Below are positions 19,951 through 29,684 of a stretch of 38,494 nucleotides of DNA, in pieces. How positions within the stretch are numbered: position 1 is the stretch's first letter; each line of letters starts with the position of its first letter. The notes beneath the pieces are model-generated. The model ran no database searches. It worked only from the letters and a program-made list of their open reading frames with translations, and was not told the DNA's origin. The DNA is taken from sequence record SRR20825010_2246; one strand, 5' to 3'. The position numbers and the translations under genes are program-made.

Positions 19951-19956
19951 GGCGGA

Positions 19957-20346
19957 TTACCGCGGTTTTCGGCTGGTCTGAGCAGGCCTTTTTGCCCGTA
20001 TAGGTAGAGCAGCCAATAGTCGATCGAGGTCTGCATGTCCGAAATGAGCAATCTCATCAGCCAGACGGTTTGCAAGTTCCGTTGCGCGTGGATCGAGGCC
20101 TGATGTGTCTATGGTGACGCGCGGGTGGGAGATACGGGCCAGATGCTCGATCTCCGTGGCCTCGTCCCAGATGATGTTGAAATAGCCGATGATAGACTGA
20201 ACCATGGCCCAACTGGGGCGGCCACGCCGGCCATGCTCGAGCGCTGAAAGGTAAGCGGGCGAAACCCGCAAGGCCACAGCCATCTCCTTCAGCGTCAGAC
20301 CACGGGCCGAACGCAATGCCCGCATCTTTTCGCCAAATGGTGTCAT
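19957..20346 (-). CDS. XRE-family helix-turn-helix protein
   Basis: Start moved to ATG 20346: MTPFGEKMRALR...VSPAYLSALEHGRRGRP. Confidence 0.9.
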   Translation of the reverse strand: MTPFGEKMRALRSARGLTLKEMAVALRVSPAYLSALEHGRRGRPSWAMVQSIIGYFNIIWDEATEIEHLARISHPRVTIDTSGLDPRATELANRLADEIAHFGHADLDRLLAALPIRAKRPAQTSRKPR

Positions 20347-20377
20347 GGCCACATCCCTTCCGCCCTGCTGATCCGAC

Positions 20378-21016
20378 CTATTTGCGTTTACGCAGCCAGA
20401 CATAAAAGGCACCACCGCCGCCATGGCGGGGATGGGCTGGCTGAAAACCGGCAACTTCGGCGCGGAAACGCGCGGTTCCGAGCCAGCGCGGCAAGGCGGA
20501 ACGCAACACGCCGGAATGATCGGATGCCTCATGATAGCGCGTACTATGCAGGGTGTGGCGAGCAAAGGGGCTCTCACCTTTTCCCGTAATCACCAATACA
20601 CACCGCAGACCTCCCTGTCGCGAGCGCCCTAGAAACGAGAGAAGAGCGGACTCTGCTTCGTCCTGCCGCATGCCGTGCAGATCGATACGAGCTTCGGTTT
20701 CGATCTGGCCGCGGGCAAGACGCTGGGAGGTTCGCCGGTCGAGGCCGGTGAGCGGGGGGGCGCTGTCGCTTACATCGCCACGATTGGCCAATATCTCTGC
20801 GTTCCGGCGGGGGCGAGGGACAGAAGATAATGGTTTCGGTGTAGCAACGATTTTTTCGCCTGGACGAATATCAGCCGGAGGCGGTTGTTCTGGCTCCGGA
20901 ATAATCTGACCTGCGGAGATAGGGCGAGCATCTTTAACCACGGCATGCCAGAGACGACGTTCATCCATACTGAGAAGACGCGGTTTACGTGGGCGGGGTC
21001 TATATTCGTGGTCCAT
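20378..21016 (-). CDS. Smr/MutS2 C-terminal domain protein
   Basis: IDLHGM, VLVITGKG, HGGGGAFYVWLR; start at ATG 21016. Confidence 0.92.
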   Translation of the reverse strand: MDHEYRPRPRKPRLLSMDERRLWHAVVKDARPISAGQIIPEPEQPPPADIRPGEKIVATPKPLSSVPRPRRNAEILANRGDVSDSAPPLTGLDRRTSQRLARGQIETEARIDLHGMRQDEAESALLSFLGRSRQGGLRCVLVITGKGESPFARHTLHSTRYHEASDHSGVLRSALPRWLGTARFRAEVAGFQPAHPRHGGGGAFYVWLRKRK

Positions 21017-21029
21017 TGCCTTTTGCCGC

Positions 21030-22274
21030 CTAGCGCCGGACGAGTTTGCGGGGCAGAAGTGCAATCAGCCGGCCGGGCTGTTTCATACGTCCGGCGATTT
21101 CGGCGGCATCGGCACCCGGACCCCAGAAGACGTCACCGCGCTGTTCGCCACGAATGGCTGTGCCGGTGTCTTGCGCCACCATGAGCTGGCGGAAGGGCCG
21201 CGCATCATTGCGATGGGGGACCGGCGCGGTCGTTTCGAGCCAGAAAAGACTTCCCAGCGGATGGAGCGAACGATCGACCGCCAGAGACCGCTCCGGCGTC
21301 AGAGGAACGCCTTCGGCGCCGGGGGGCCCAAGACTGACATCTGTATTCAAAGCATTGAAAAATATATAAGAATCATTGCGGCGCAGGATCGACGCCACCT
21401 CGGAAGGATGAGCGGCAAGCCAAGCGCGGATGGTCTGCATGGAGACCTCATCGCGCGGGATTGCCCTCTTCTCGATCAGCACTTTGCCGATGGAAGTGTA
21501 GTCACGCTGGTTCTTGGCGGCGAAGGCCAAACGCATGACGCGACCATCTTCCAGTCGCACCCGACCGGATCCCTGCACATGCAGGAAAAAGGCGTCAACC
21601 GGATCAGCCAGCCAAACAAGGGCAAGGCGGCGAGCATCAAGCGAGCCGTTAGCAATAGCATCTTCTATCTCGCTGCGGGTCGGCATGGGACGTCCGGCAG
21701 CCCGCAAGGCAGCAAATTCGGGCGGGAAGGCAAGGACCGGCGTTTGGTAACGGCCACCTTGCGAAAGGGCCCCATCCATTTCGGGCTCGTAATAACCGGT
21801 GAAGAGTCCGGCATCTGTTGCGGAACCGAAATAAACTGGCGAGAAATAGGCCTCGAAGTAAATGCGGGCAGCATCGTCACTTCCCGCGACATGGGTAGCG
21901 GCCGTGCAGGCCTCTGCCCAATCACCTGCATGACCATAGGCTTGATTGGCCTGCACGCTGGTTTTTGTGTCCAGCGGCGCGTCAGGGTTAAGCTTTAGTA
22001 TACGCGCGCAGGAGCGGCGGAAAGCGGCTAGGGCGGCTGATTGACCATCCGAGGACCAACCGCTCAAGTCTTTGAAAGACAAGCTGGAATTTGGCCCTAC
22101 CTGTCTGGTCATACCACCAGATCCTCCGCTGGACGAGCCTGGACCGGATGTACCGCAAGCAGCCAGTGCCAGAAAGCTAGCAGCCACAACAATATGCTTG
22201 CCGAGCCGGGAGGGTTTTGGGCTTGAACCAGCTTTTTGCACTCCGTCCCCCTCACGGTCTTTCGACGTGATCAA
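21030..22274 (-). CDS. mltA: Membrane-bound lytic murein transglycosylase A
   Basis: Lipobox LAAC, FTGYYEP, HVQGSG, SLAVD, AQDTGTAIRG..RGDVFWG. Confidence 0.93.
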   Translation of the reverse strand: MITSKDREGDGVQKAGSSPKPSRLGKHIVVAASFLALAACGTSGPGSSSGGSGGMTRQVGPNSSLSFKDLSGWSSDGQSAALAAFRRSCARILKLNPDAPLDTKTSVQANQAYGHAGDWAEACTAATHVAGSDDAARIYFEAYFSPVYFGSATDAGLFTGYYEPEMDGALSQGGRYQTPVLAFPPEFAALRAAGRPMPTRSEIEDAIANGSLDARRLALVWLADPVDAFFLHVQGSGRVRLEDGRVMRLAFAAKNQRDYTSIGKVLIEKRAIPRDEVSMQTIRAWLAAHPSEVASILRRNDSYIFFNALNTDVSLGPPGAEGVPLTPERSLAVDRSLHPLGSLFWLETTAPVPHRNDARPFRQLMVAQDTGTAIRGEQRGDVFWGPGADAAEIAGRMKQPGRLIALLPRKLVRR

Positions 22275-23011
22275 TCTTCCGATCCGGTGGCGACAAGACG
22301 CCAGTTCGGATCGCTGGCTTTAACGTCGCGCTCAAAGGTCCAAATATCTGTGACCTTGCGGATTGTGACAGGATCTCCCTCGATGACCACGCCGTCGGCA
22401 TTTTTGGTGCAAGCTGTTAATTCGCTAACGAAACGAACGGTCAGACGAGCGCGGTTATCAGCCAGCGTGGCGGCTGTGAGATCGGACTTGGTGATGCCGA
22501 TAAAGGTCTGCTCGACAGTTTCGCCACGGCTCTCGCGATCGGCGATCACGCCTTCGAAGCTCTCATAAACATGCGGAGCCAGCAAAGGCTGTAGGGTCTT
22601 GCGTTCGCCATTGGCAAAAGCGGTCACGATCATCTCGTAAGCGGCTTTGGCGCCGGTGATGAAGGCAGCGGCATCGAAGTGGCGATCAGCCAACGCGATT
22701 TCCGTGAGGGTCTGGGCGACAGGCGTGCCTTCGGCGGCGACACCTTTCCAGCGGTCTTTGACCACATAGGGCTCGGTCTGGGGATAGGGGTCGAAGGTGC
22801 TATCGGCATCGACTTCGTCGGCGGCGGGTGCGTCGCGGCGCGGCAACTGCACGACCTTGTCGGAGTCGCGGGCATCATCACGCGGCGCATAGGGGTCAAC
22901 CGGCGGGCGCTCATTACCTGTGCGACTGCCCAGAACGCTGCGCAGCTTGAAGAACACCCCGACAGCAATCGCCAGAAGGATCAGATTAACAAGGGATGAC
23001 GCTTCGCCCAT
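22271..23011 (-). CDS. Tim44/TimA family protein
   Basis: KLRSVLGSRTG, GAKAAYEMIVTAFANG, DIWTFER, PNWRLVAT. Confidence 0.9.
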   Translation of the reverse strand: MGEASSLVNLILLAIAVGVFFKLRSVLGSRTGNERPPVDPYAPRDDARDSDKVVQLPRRDAPAADEVDADSTFDPYPQTEPYVVKDRWKGVAAEGTPVAQTLTEIALADRHFDAAAFITGAKAAYEMIVTAFANGERKTLQPLLAPHVYESFEGVIADRESRGETVEQTFIGITKSDLTAATLADNRARLTVRFVSELTACTKNADGVVIEGDPVTIRKVTDIWTFERDVKASDPNWRLVATGSED

Positions 23012-23190
23012 CCGGGCCACCTTTCACGGAGCATATTTTGCGCAGATCGGGAAACAGGACAGAATTCTGTTTCCGGTGCCCAATGCTGATATCGACTTAA
23101 AACTGGCCTTCAAGTTACGCCAAAGGCTCGCCATTGGCTAGAAGGTGACAGCTTTAGGTGTTGTCATTTCAGCCTCCGGCAGGCCAACAG

Positions 23191-23220
23191 GTTGGAACCG
23201 CAGCCATTTGCCCCCTATAT
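23191..23220 (+). promoter_or_regulatory. Candidate RpoH-type promoter of fxsA
   Basis: GTTGGA-N17-CCTATAT; fxsA is heat-shock regulated in E. coli. Confidence 0.45.
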
Positions 23221-23282
23221 GTAAGAGGTGTGACCCGCCGATCAATGTTCCGGCGGCCGGATTACCCGTCAAAGGAGTGACC

Positions 23283-23801
23283 TTGTTTCCAGTTCTCTTT
23301 GTTCTTTTCGTTGCCGTTCCGATTATTGAGATCGCATTGCTTATCAAAGTAGGCGGTCTGATCGGGGTGATCCCCACACTTGCTCTGGTGGTGGGCACTG
23401 CGATGCTTGGCACCTGGATCCTGCGGCAGCAGGGCATTGCGACTTTCAGTAAGGCGCAGGCCGCGATGAACCGGGGTGAAATGCCGGTAGCGGAAATAGC
23501 CGACGGATTTTTTCTGGTGATTGCAGCCCTTCTAATGCTGACGCCCGGCCTGATGACTGACGCGCTAGGCTTTGCCTTTCTGGTACCTGGCATACGACGC
23601 GGCTTTGGCGCAGTCGCCATGCGCTGGATTATGGCACGAAGTGTCCATGTTCAGTTCACGCAAGGCGGACCGACCGGCGCTCCTTTCGGCAATGCGCCGG
23701 ATGATCGTGACTGGCAAGGGCGCCCAGACGGGGCGGGGCCGATTATCGAAGGCGAAGCGTCGGAAGTGGATGACGACGCAAACCGGATCGACAAGCGCTA
23801 A
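23283..23801 (+). CDS. fxsA: FxsA family membrane protein
   Basis: TTG start after AAAGGAG; VPIIEIALLIKVG, LRQQG, LTPGLMTDALG. Confidence 0.9.
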   Translation: MFPVLFVLFVAVPIIEIALLIKVGGLIGVIPTLALVVGTAMLGTWILRQQGIATFSKAQAAMNRGEMPVAEIADGFFLVIAALLMLTPGLMTDALGFAFLVPGIRRGFGAVAMRWIMARSVHVQFTQGGPTGAPFGNAPDDRDWQGRPDGAGPIIEGEASEVDDDANRIDKR

Positions 23802-23902
23802 ACCCGATCAAGTTGGATGGTCAGCATATGCGCGCGCTTGTGAGCTTGGCCTTTCCATGTTAGCCAGCAGGCTCAGAATTTGGCGATGCCGTGTGAGGAA
23901 AA

Positions 23903-24388
23903 ATGGCTGACGAAACAAATGCCGGCGTTGCCGCCGATGAGACCGCGAATGCAGAATTCCGGATTCTCACCCAATATGTAAAAGACCTTTCCTTCGAAAA
24001 CCCCAATGCGCCCCAGTCCATGGGCCCGGTGAGCGAACAACCCAAAATCGACGTGCGCGTTGATGTGGGGGTGCAGCGCATGGCGGAAAACGAGTTTGAA
24101 GTGAAGCTCTCAGTCGGCGTCGATGCAAAGGCAAAAGAAGGCGTGATGTTCGTAGTCGAGCTGCAATATTGCGGTTTGTTCCGGCTCGTTAACATCCCCG
24201 AAGACAGTATCGAACCAATGCTGCTGATCGAATGCCCGCGGCAGATCTTCCCCTTCGCCCGCCGCATCATTGCCGATGTGACACGCGATGGCGGCTTTCC
24301 ACCGCTGATGATCGACCCTATCGATTTTGTCGGTCTCTATCAGCAACGCCGCACGGACACGATGCCTGAAGGCACCAAGCCGAACTGA
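23903..24388 (+). CDS. secB: Protein-export chaperone SecB
   Basis: QYVKDLSFENPNAP, CPRQIFPFAR, GGFPPLMIDPIDF. Confidence 0.97.
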   Translation: MADETNAGVAADETANAEFRILTQYVKDLSFENPNAPQSMGPVSEQPKIDVRVDVGVQRMAENEFEVKLSVGVDAKAKEGVMFVVELQYCGLFRLVNIPEDSIEPMLLIECPRQIFPFARRIIADVTRDGGFPPLMIDPIDFVGLYQQRRTDTMPEGTKPN

Positions 24389-24418
24389 TTATCTCTGATA
24401 CCGGCTAAGAGGCTGGCT

Positions 24419-25108
24419 TTATTGAGATTTCGGCCAGAGACCGCCCTCGCCAAGGGAGGCGACAAAAGCTTCGTGCGCGGTCGCTTCATCGCTACTTAAA
24501 CGCTTGGGTAAAGGAGATGGGCGTGGAGCGCGACGCTCAGCGGCGGCCGCATCCGATTTACGACGGTCGAGGTTTGCATCAAGTACCAGACCAGGCTGAC
24601 GCCCGCCCATCAGTTCCAGATAAACTTCGGCCAGCAATTCCGCGTCGAGCAGTGCGCCATGCTTCACGCGGTTGGAATTGTCCACGCCGAAGCGGCGGCA
24701 AAGAGCATCGAGACTGTTCTGAGCTCCGGGGAAGCGCTTGCGGGCGATCAGCAATGTATCGATGGCACGCGCTTGCTCGATGACGGGCCGACCGATCATT
24801 TTCAATTCGTGATTGATGAAACCCATATCGAAAGACGCATTATGGATGACAAGCGGCGCGTCTTCGACAAAAGCCAGAAAATCTTCCGCGATCTCGGCAA
24901 ATTTGGGTTTGTCGGACAGGAACTCGGCAGACAGGCCATGCACGTTGAAGGCCTCGACCGGGACATCGCGTTCGGGATTGATATAGACGTGAAAGACCTC
25001 GCCGGTGGAAACCTGATTGACGATTTCCAGACAGCCGATCTCGACCAAGCGATCACCGCCTTGCGGCGAGAGGCCTGTTGTTTCGGTATCGAGAACGATC
25101 TGGCGCAT
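24419..25108 (-). CDS. dnaQ: DNA polymerase III epsilon subunit
   Basis: [27 protein letters not shown]. Confidence 0.97.
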   Translation of the reverse strand: MRQIVLDTETTGLSPQGGDRLVEIGCLEIVNQVSTGEVFHVYINPERDVPVEAFNVHGLSAEFLSDKPKFAEIAEDFLAFVEDAPLVIHNASFDMGFINHELKMIGRPVIEQARAIDTLLIARKRFPGAQNSLDALCRRFGVDNSNRVKHGALLDAELLAEVYLELMGGRQPGLVLDANLDRRKSDAAAAERRAPRPSPLPKRLSSDEATAHEAFVASLGEGGLWPKSQ

Positions 25109-25125
25109 CTAATTTCCTGTCCTGC

Positions 25126-25749
25126 TTAGCCTAAACGGGCCTGAAGCACTTTGCCTTGCCGACCTTTGAGCGACGCCATCACGTTTTTGACAGCCTCGAA
25201 AGCGTGGTCGAGACCCTTGTCGGTTTCGATGACGAAGTCGGCGCGCGAACGTTTTTCTGCGTCGGGCACCTGCTTTGCGTGAATGGCCGCAAATTTGGCC
25301 TCATCCATGCCGGACCGGGCAAGCACGCGTTGTTCCTGAATATGGTAGGGTGCGCTCACTACGACCACAACATCTACTCGGGTCTCTCCGCCTGTTTCAT
25401 AGAGAAGCGGAATGTCGAGCAAGACAGCTTTATGGCCGTCTGCCTTCGCCTTTTTCAGAAAGTCGAGTTGGGCCTGTCCGACAAGCGGATGGACAATTGC
25501 TTCGAGCTTTTTCATCTGTTCGGGCAAGCCAAGCACAGCACGCGACAAAGCCTGACGATCAACTGCACCATTGACCACCACGTCATGGCCGAAGGCTTCT
25601 GCAATAGGCGCGACCGCCGCTCCGCCTTCTGCATAAAGCGCGTGAACGGCGGCATCCGCGTCATAAACAGGGACATCGAGACGGGCGAACATTTTTGCGG
25701 TTTCGGATTTGCCCATGCCGATTGAGCCGGTGAGACCGATGAGAAGCAT
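25126..25749 (-). CDS. coaE: Dephospho-CoA kinase
   Basis: [35 protein letters not shown]. Confidence 0.96.
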   Translation of the reverse strand: MLLIGLTGSIGMGKSETAKMFARLDVPVYDADAAVHALYAEGGAAVAPIAEAFGHDVVVNGAVDRQALSRAVLGLPEQMKKLEAIVHPLVGQAQLDFLKKAKADGHKAVLLDIPLLYETGGETRVDVVVVVSAPYHIQEQRVLARSGMDEAKFAAIHAKQVPDAEKRSRADFVIETDKGLDHAFEAVKNVMASLKGRQGKVLQARLG

Positions 25750-25753
25750 CACT

Positions 25754-26599
25754 TTAACCCTCTATTATTCCCATATCCTTGAGCACCAGCGCGCGCAGCT
25801 CGGCTGTAACCTGCGGCTTAACACCGAACCAGGCTTCAAAGCCCGGAGCAGCCTGATGCAGCAACATGCCCAAGCCATCGACCGTCTGCAAACCTGCCTC
25901 ACGGGCCAAACGCAAAAGGCCGGTTTCGAGCGGTGTATAGACAATATCTGTCACCAGCGCGTGGCGTGGCAGAGGGGAGAGATCGATTGTGAGATCACCT
26001 TCGCCCTTCATGCCGAGTGTTGTTGTGTTGACGAGAAGATTTGCTCCCGACAAGGCCTCGCACAGCGCCTCCATGCCGAAGATGCGGTAATTTTTCAGCT
26101 TTAGGTCTTGCGCCAAAGCTTCGGCGCGAACGGGCGTGCGGTTGACGATGCGGATTTCCGGTGCGCCAGCATCTTCCAGAGAAGCAGCAACAGCGCGCGC
26201 CGCACCGCCGGCACCAAGCATGACGGCAGGTCCGGCGCTGGCCTTCCAATCGGGCGCACGATCAACAAGGTTTGCAATAAACCCGTAGCCGTCTGTATTG
26301 CGACCTTCCAATCCCTGATCGGTGATGACGATCGTGTTAACCGCCTTCACGCGACGGGCCATGGCGTCGTGGCGCATAAGCGCAGCAAAAACCGCTTCCT
26401 TATGCGGCACCGTGACATTGGCCCCGATAAAACCCATGTCGCGCAATCCCCGCAGGGTGACGGCGAGGTCTTCCGGCGCGACGGCCATGCGCTCGTAGAT
26501 CGCATTCTGGATATTGTATTGGCGGATCCAGTGATTATGAATTAGGGGCGAGCGGGAATGGGAGATCGGCCAGCCCATAACACAGACTTTGGTGATCAT
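25754..26599 (-). CDS. aroE: Shikimate dehydrogenase
   Basis: [47 protein letters not shown]. Confidence 0.96.
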   Translation of the reverse strand: MITKVCVMGWPISHSRSPLIHNHWIRQYNIQNAIYERMAVAPEDLAVTLRGLRDMGFIGANVTVPHKEAVFAALMRHDAMARRVKAVNTIVITDQGLEGRNTDGYGFIANLVDRAPDWKASAGPAVMLGAGGAARAVAASLEDAGAPEIRIVNRTPVRAEALAQDLKLKNYRIFGMEALCEALSGANLLVNTTTLGMKGEGDLTIDLSPLPRHALVTDIVYTPLETGLLRLAREAGLQTVDGLGMLLHQAAPGFEAWFGVKPQVTAELRALVLKDMGIIEG

Positions 26600-27204
26600 A
26601 CGGGCACCTGCTGACGGACACGTAATTCATCCAACAAAGCCAAAAGTGGCAAGCCCAGAATAGTGAAATAGTCACCTTCAATTTTCTCAAAGAGCTGGAT
26701 ACCCGGTCCTTCGAGCTGATAACAGCCAACGCTGGTCATCACTTTTTCGCCGGCCGTTTCGAGATACTGATCGAGAAAGTCGTCCGAAAAATTGCGCATT
26801 GTGAGGTCGGCGTGATCGGAATGACGCCAAACTATATTTCCGTTTTGCGCAATCACCATACCGCTATGCAAACGATGGGTATGGCCACGAAAGATCAGGA
26901 GATTGCGCCGCGCCTCGGCCATATCACGCGGCTTGTCAAAGCGAGCTTTGTTGCAGGACAAGATCTGGTCTGCACCAATGACCAGCGCATCACCAGCATC
27001 TGCGCTTACAGCCAGCGCTTTCGCCTCCGCCAAACGGAGGGCAAGTTCATCGATATTGCTGTCAGCGAATCCAAGTTTGATTTGATCTTCATCAACACGC
27101 GAATTCTGGATGTCAAAAGACAATCCGGCCTGCCGCAAGAGGGTAGCGCGAACTGCGCTGCCGGAGGCAAGGACCAATCTGGGGGAGGAAGATAGAGGGG
27201 ACAT
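26596..27204 (-). CDS. maf: Maf-family nucleotide pyrophosphatase
   Basis: [29 protein letters not shown]; start uncertain (ATG 27204 or TTG 27213). Confidence 0.92.
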   Translation of the reverse strand: MSPLSSSPRLVLASGSAVRATLLRQAGLSFDIQNSRVDEDQIKLGFADSNIDELALRLAEAKALAVSADAGDALVIGADQILSCNKARFDKPRDMAEARRNLLIFRGHTHRLHSGMVIAQNGNIVWRHSDHADLTMRNFSDDFLDQYLETAGEKVMTSVGCYQLEGPGIQLFEKIEGDYFTILGLPLLALLDELRVRQQVPV

Positions 27205-27218
27205 TTGCTCCAACTGTT

Positions 27219-28052
27219 TCAGGTCTTCTCGATTGTCTTGAGCCGATCGTTATAGAGATTGAGAACGGCAGCCGCCGTTTCCTCTATAGAGCGCCGCGTA
27301 ACATCAATGACAGGCCAGCCATGCTTTGCGCAGAGCTTGCGCGCAATAGTCACTTCTTCGGACACGGCGTCGTGATCGACATAATCGGTCTGCGTATTCT
27401 CATGTAGCGAAAGCAGACGGTTCTTTCGGATTTGCACAAGGCGATCAGGACTGGTTGTGAGGCCGACAATCAGCGGGTGCGTAGCCGTTTCAAGATCGGG
27501 TGGCAGAATGACACCTGGCACTATGGGAATATTGGCGGCTTTGATGCCGCGGTTTGCCAGATAGATGCAGGTCGGTGTTTTGGACGTGCGGCTAACACCG
27601 ACGAGAATAATGTCGGCCTCATTGAGGTCGCCCGCCGACTGGCCGTCATCATGAGCCATCGTATAATTCAGCGCTTCGATGCGTCCAAAATATTCCGCAT
27701 TCATAGTGTGCTGCGAACCGGGCTTGTGCGAGCTCTTGCGACCGAGATAACGGCCAAGGGCACCCATGACCGGATCGAGAACAGAGATGCAGGGTGTCTG
27801 AAGTTCCATGCAGCGGGTCTCGAGACGCTCACGCAGCTCTTCATTCACCATTGTGAACATGACAATGCCTGGCGATTTTTCGATTTCACCCAGCACCCGT
27901 TCCAATTGCTTAGGGCCACGGACCAGAGCATAGACATGCTCAATCGGATGCGCGTCTTCATATTGAGCGCAAGCCGCGCGCGCCACAGCATTGAGCGTTT
28001 CGCCGGTCGCGTCCGAAACGAGATGCAGATGAAAGACGCGTCTGGATGGCAT
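27219..28052 (-). CDS. PEP synthase/pyruvate phosphate dikinase regulatory protein (DUF299, kinase/pyrophosphorylase)
   Basis: VSDATGET, HDDG, LVGVSRTSKTP, DVTRRSIEETAA; start at ATG 28052. Confidence 0.94.
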   Translation of the reverse strand: MPSRRVFHLHLVSDATGETLNAVARAACAQYEDAHPIEHVYALVRGPKQLERVLGEIEKSPGIVMFTMVNEELRERLETRCMELQTPCISVLDPVMGALGRYLGRKSSHKPGSQHTMNAEYFGRIEALNYTMAHDDGQSAGDLNEADIILVGVSRTSKTPTCIYLANRGIKAANIPIVPGVILPPDLETATHPLIVGLTTSPDRLVQIRKNRLLSLHENTQTDYVDHDAVSEEVTIARKLCAKHGWPVIDVTRRSIEETAAAVLNLYNDRLKTIEKT

Positions 28053-28082
28053 TTCCTGTTCCGGCCCTGTCCTGAATTCCAT

Positions 28083-28631
28083 CGCAGGAAAACTTGCTTT
28101 TCCGGTGCGAAATCAAACTGGCGACAAGCTAAAGACGCATGCAAGACCTTGCCAGTCTTTTTGCGGCGGCAGAGCAAACGCGAATGCTGAACATATGCGT
28201 GAGCCTGTGAGTAAGTGTGATCAACGGGGGCAAGTCGGGCTTTTCAGAAAAGTAGTGCCAAGCCATACATGATCTGTGCTTTCGGTCCACCGATGCATCA
28301 GACAGTTGGCAAAACTCCAAGCTGGCGTTGAAAAATGGGGATGAATCCCGATCTCAAAATGGCATTACCTTTTGTCCCCGTTATTCGATTTCGCCCACAG
28401 GCAGAGACATAATATGTGAAAGGGCTTTAACGAGCCGCTTTGTGAGACAGCGACATATGGTTTGCTGAAATTTTGCACAGGGCGTGGCATAGAAGGACAA
28501 GACGAAACCCACCTGCACAAGTCGGGGGAAGATGTGGATGATTTGGGGGACCGGTTTTAATCCCCATGACAAACAGGCATCTACTACTACCACCACCTAG
28601 AATCTAAGATTCATAGATAGAGAAAGAACCT
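28083..28631. other. Probable chromosomal replication origin (oriC)
   Basis: Spacer between DUF299 and hemE, the Caulobacter Cori position; DnaA-box-like 9-mers TTTTGCACA 28471-28479, TGTGGATGA 28533-28541, TGTGAGTAA 28206-28214; W-box-like TGGGGATGA 28336-28344 and TAATCCCCA 28558-28566; CTACTACTAC trios 28581-28590; flanking operons diverge. Confidence 0.85.
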
Positions 28632-29684
28632 GTGAGCAAAGTGACCGGAGCACCGCAGAAAAGACTCCTTCAGGCATTGAGTCAGTCGCCAACCGAGCAA
28701 ACCCCAATCTGGCTTATGCGGCAGGCCGGTCGTTATTTGCCTGAGTACCGCAAGGTACGTGCAGAAGCTGGTGGTTTTCTTAATCTTTGCTATTCACCGG
28801 ATATGGCTGAGGAAGTGACCTTGCAGCCGATCCGTCGTTACGGTTTTGATGCGTCTATTCTGTTTTCGGATATTCTAGTTGTGCCGGACGGGCTAGGGCA
28901 GACGGTTGACTTCATGGTGGGTGAGGGACCCGTGCTTGATCCGATTACAACTCTGGAGGGTTTGGCTAAGCTCGATTTGGCGCGCGTGGTGGACCATTTG
29001 GCGCCCGTTTACGAGACGGTTCGGCGGCTGACCAAATCGCTTCCATCAGAAACCACATTGATCGGCTTTGCCGGTGCGCCATGGACTGTGGCGACCTATA
29101 TGGTCGGTGGGCGCGGATCACCAGATCAAGGGGCAGCCAAGGCGTGGGCTTATCGGGCACCTGACGAATTCCAGCAGCTGATTGATCTGCTTGTCGATGG
29201 AACAATTGTTCACCTGAGTGCGCAAGTGGATGCAGGTGTTGAGGTTTTGCAGATTTTTGATACCTGGGCAGGAAGTCTGCCGGAACCGGCCTTCCGTCGA
29301 TTTGCGATCGAGCCGGTTAAAAAGATCGTGGCGGCAATCAAGGCAAAATATCCGCATATTCCCGTAATTGGATTTCCGCGCGGGTGTGGACCATTGATTA
29401 CAGATTATGTGCGTGAAACCGGTATTCAGGCTGTCAGTCTTGATACTGGTCTAGCTGCAAGTTGGGCGCGTAAAGAAGTGCAACCGCTAACTTGTGTTCA
29501 GGGTAATCTCGATCCGCTGTTGCTGGTGGCGGGTGGAACCGAAATGCGCAAAGCGGCAACTTATATTCTGGAGACCCTTGGCGAAGGGCCTTTCATTTTT
29601 AATCTTGGGCACGGCATCGTGCCGCAGACACCGCCAGATCATGTGGCGGAGCTTGTAGATATTGTGCGGAGCTATAAACGGTGA
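28632..29684 (+). CDS. hemE: Uroporphyrinogen decarboxylase
   Basis: PIWLMRQAGRYLPEY, ILFSDIL, IGFAGAPWT, FIFNLGHGI. Confidence 0.98.
   Translation: MSKVTGAPQKRLLQALSQSPTEQTPIWLMRQAGRYLPEYRKVRAEAGGFLNLCYSPDMAEEVTLQPIRRYGFDASILFSDILVVPDGLGQTVDFMVGEGPVLDPITTLEGLAKLDLARVVDHLAPVYETVRRLTKSLPSETTLIGFAGAPWTVATYMVGGRGSPDQGAAKAWAYRAPDEFQQLIDLLVDGTIVHLSAQVDAGVEVLQIFDTWAGSLPEPAFRRFAIEPVKKIVAAIKAKYPHIPVIGFPRGCGPLITDYVRETGIQAVSLDTGLAASWARKEVQPLTCVQGNLDPLLLVAGGTEMRKAATYILETLGEGPFIFNLGHGIVPQTPPDHVAELVDIVRSYKR

Noticed and set aside
19957..23011. XRE + Smr + MltA + Tim44 as a defence or toxin-antitoxin system
   Set aside because: Matches a widespread alphaproteobacterial housekeeping cluster next to fxsA-secB-dnaQ; no toxin or mobility features
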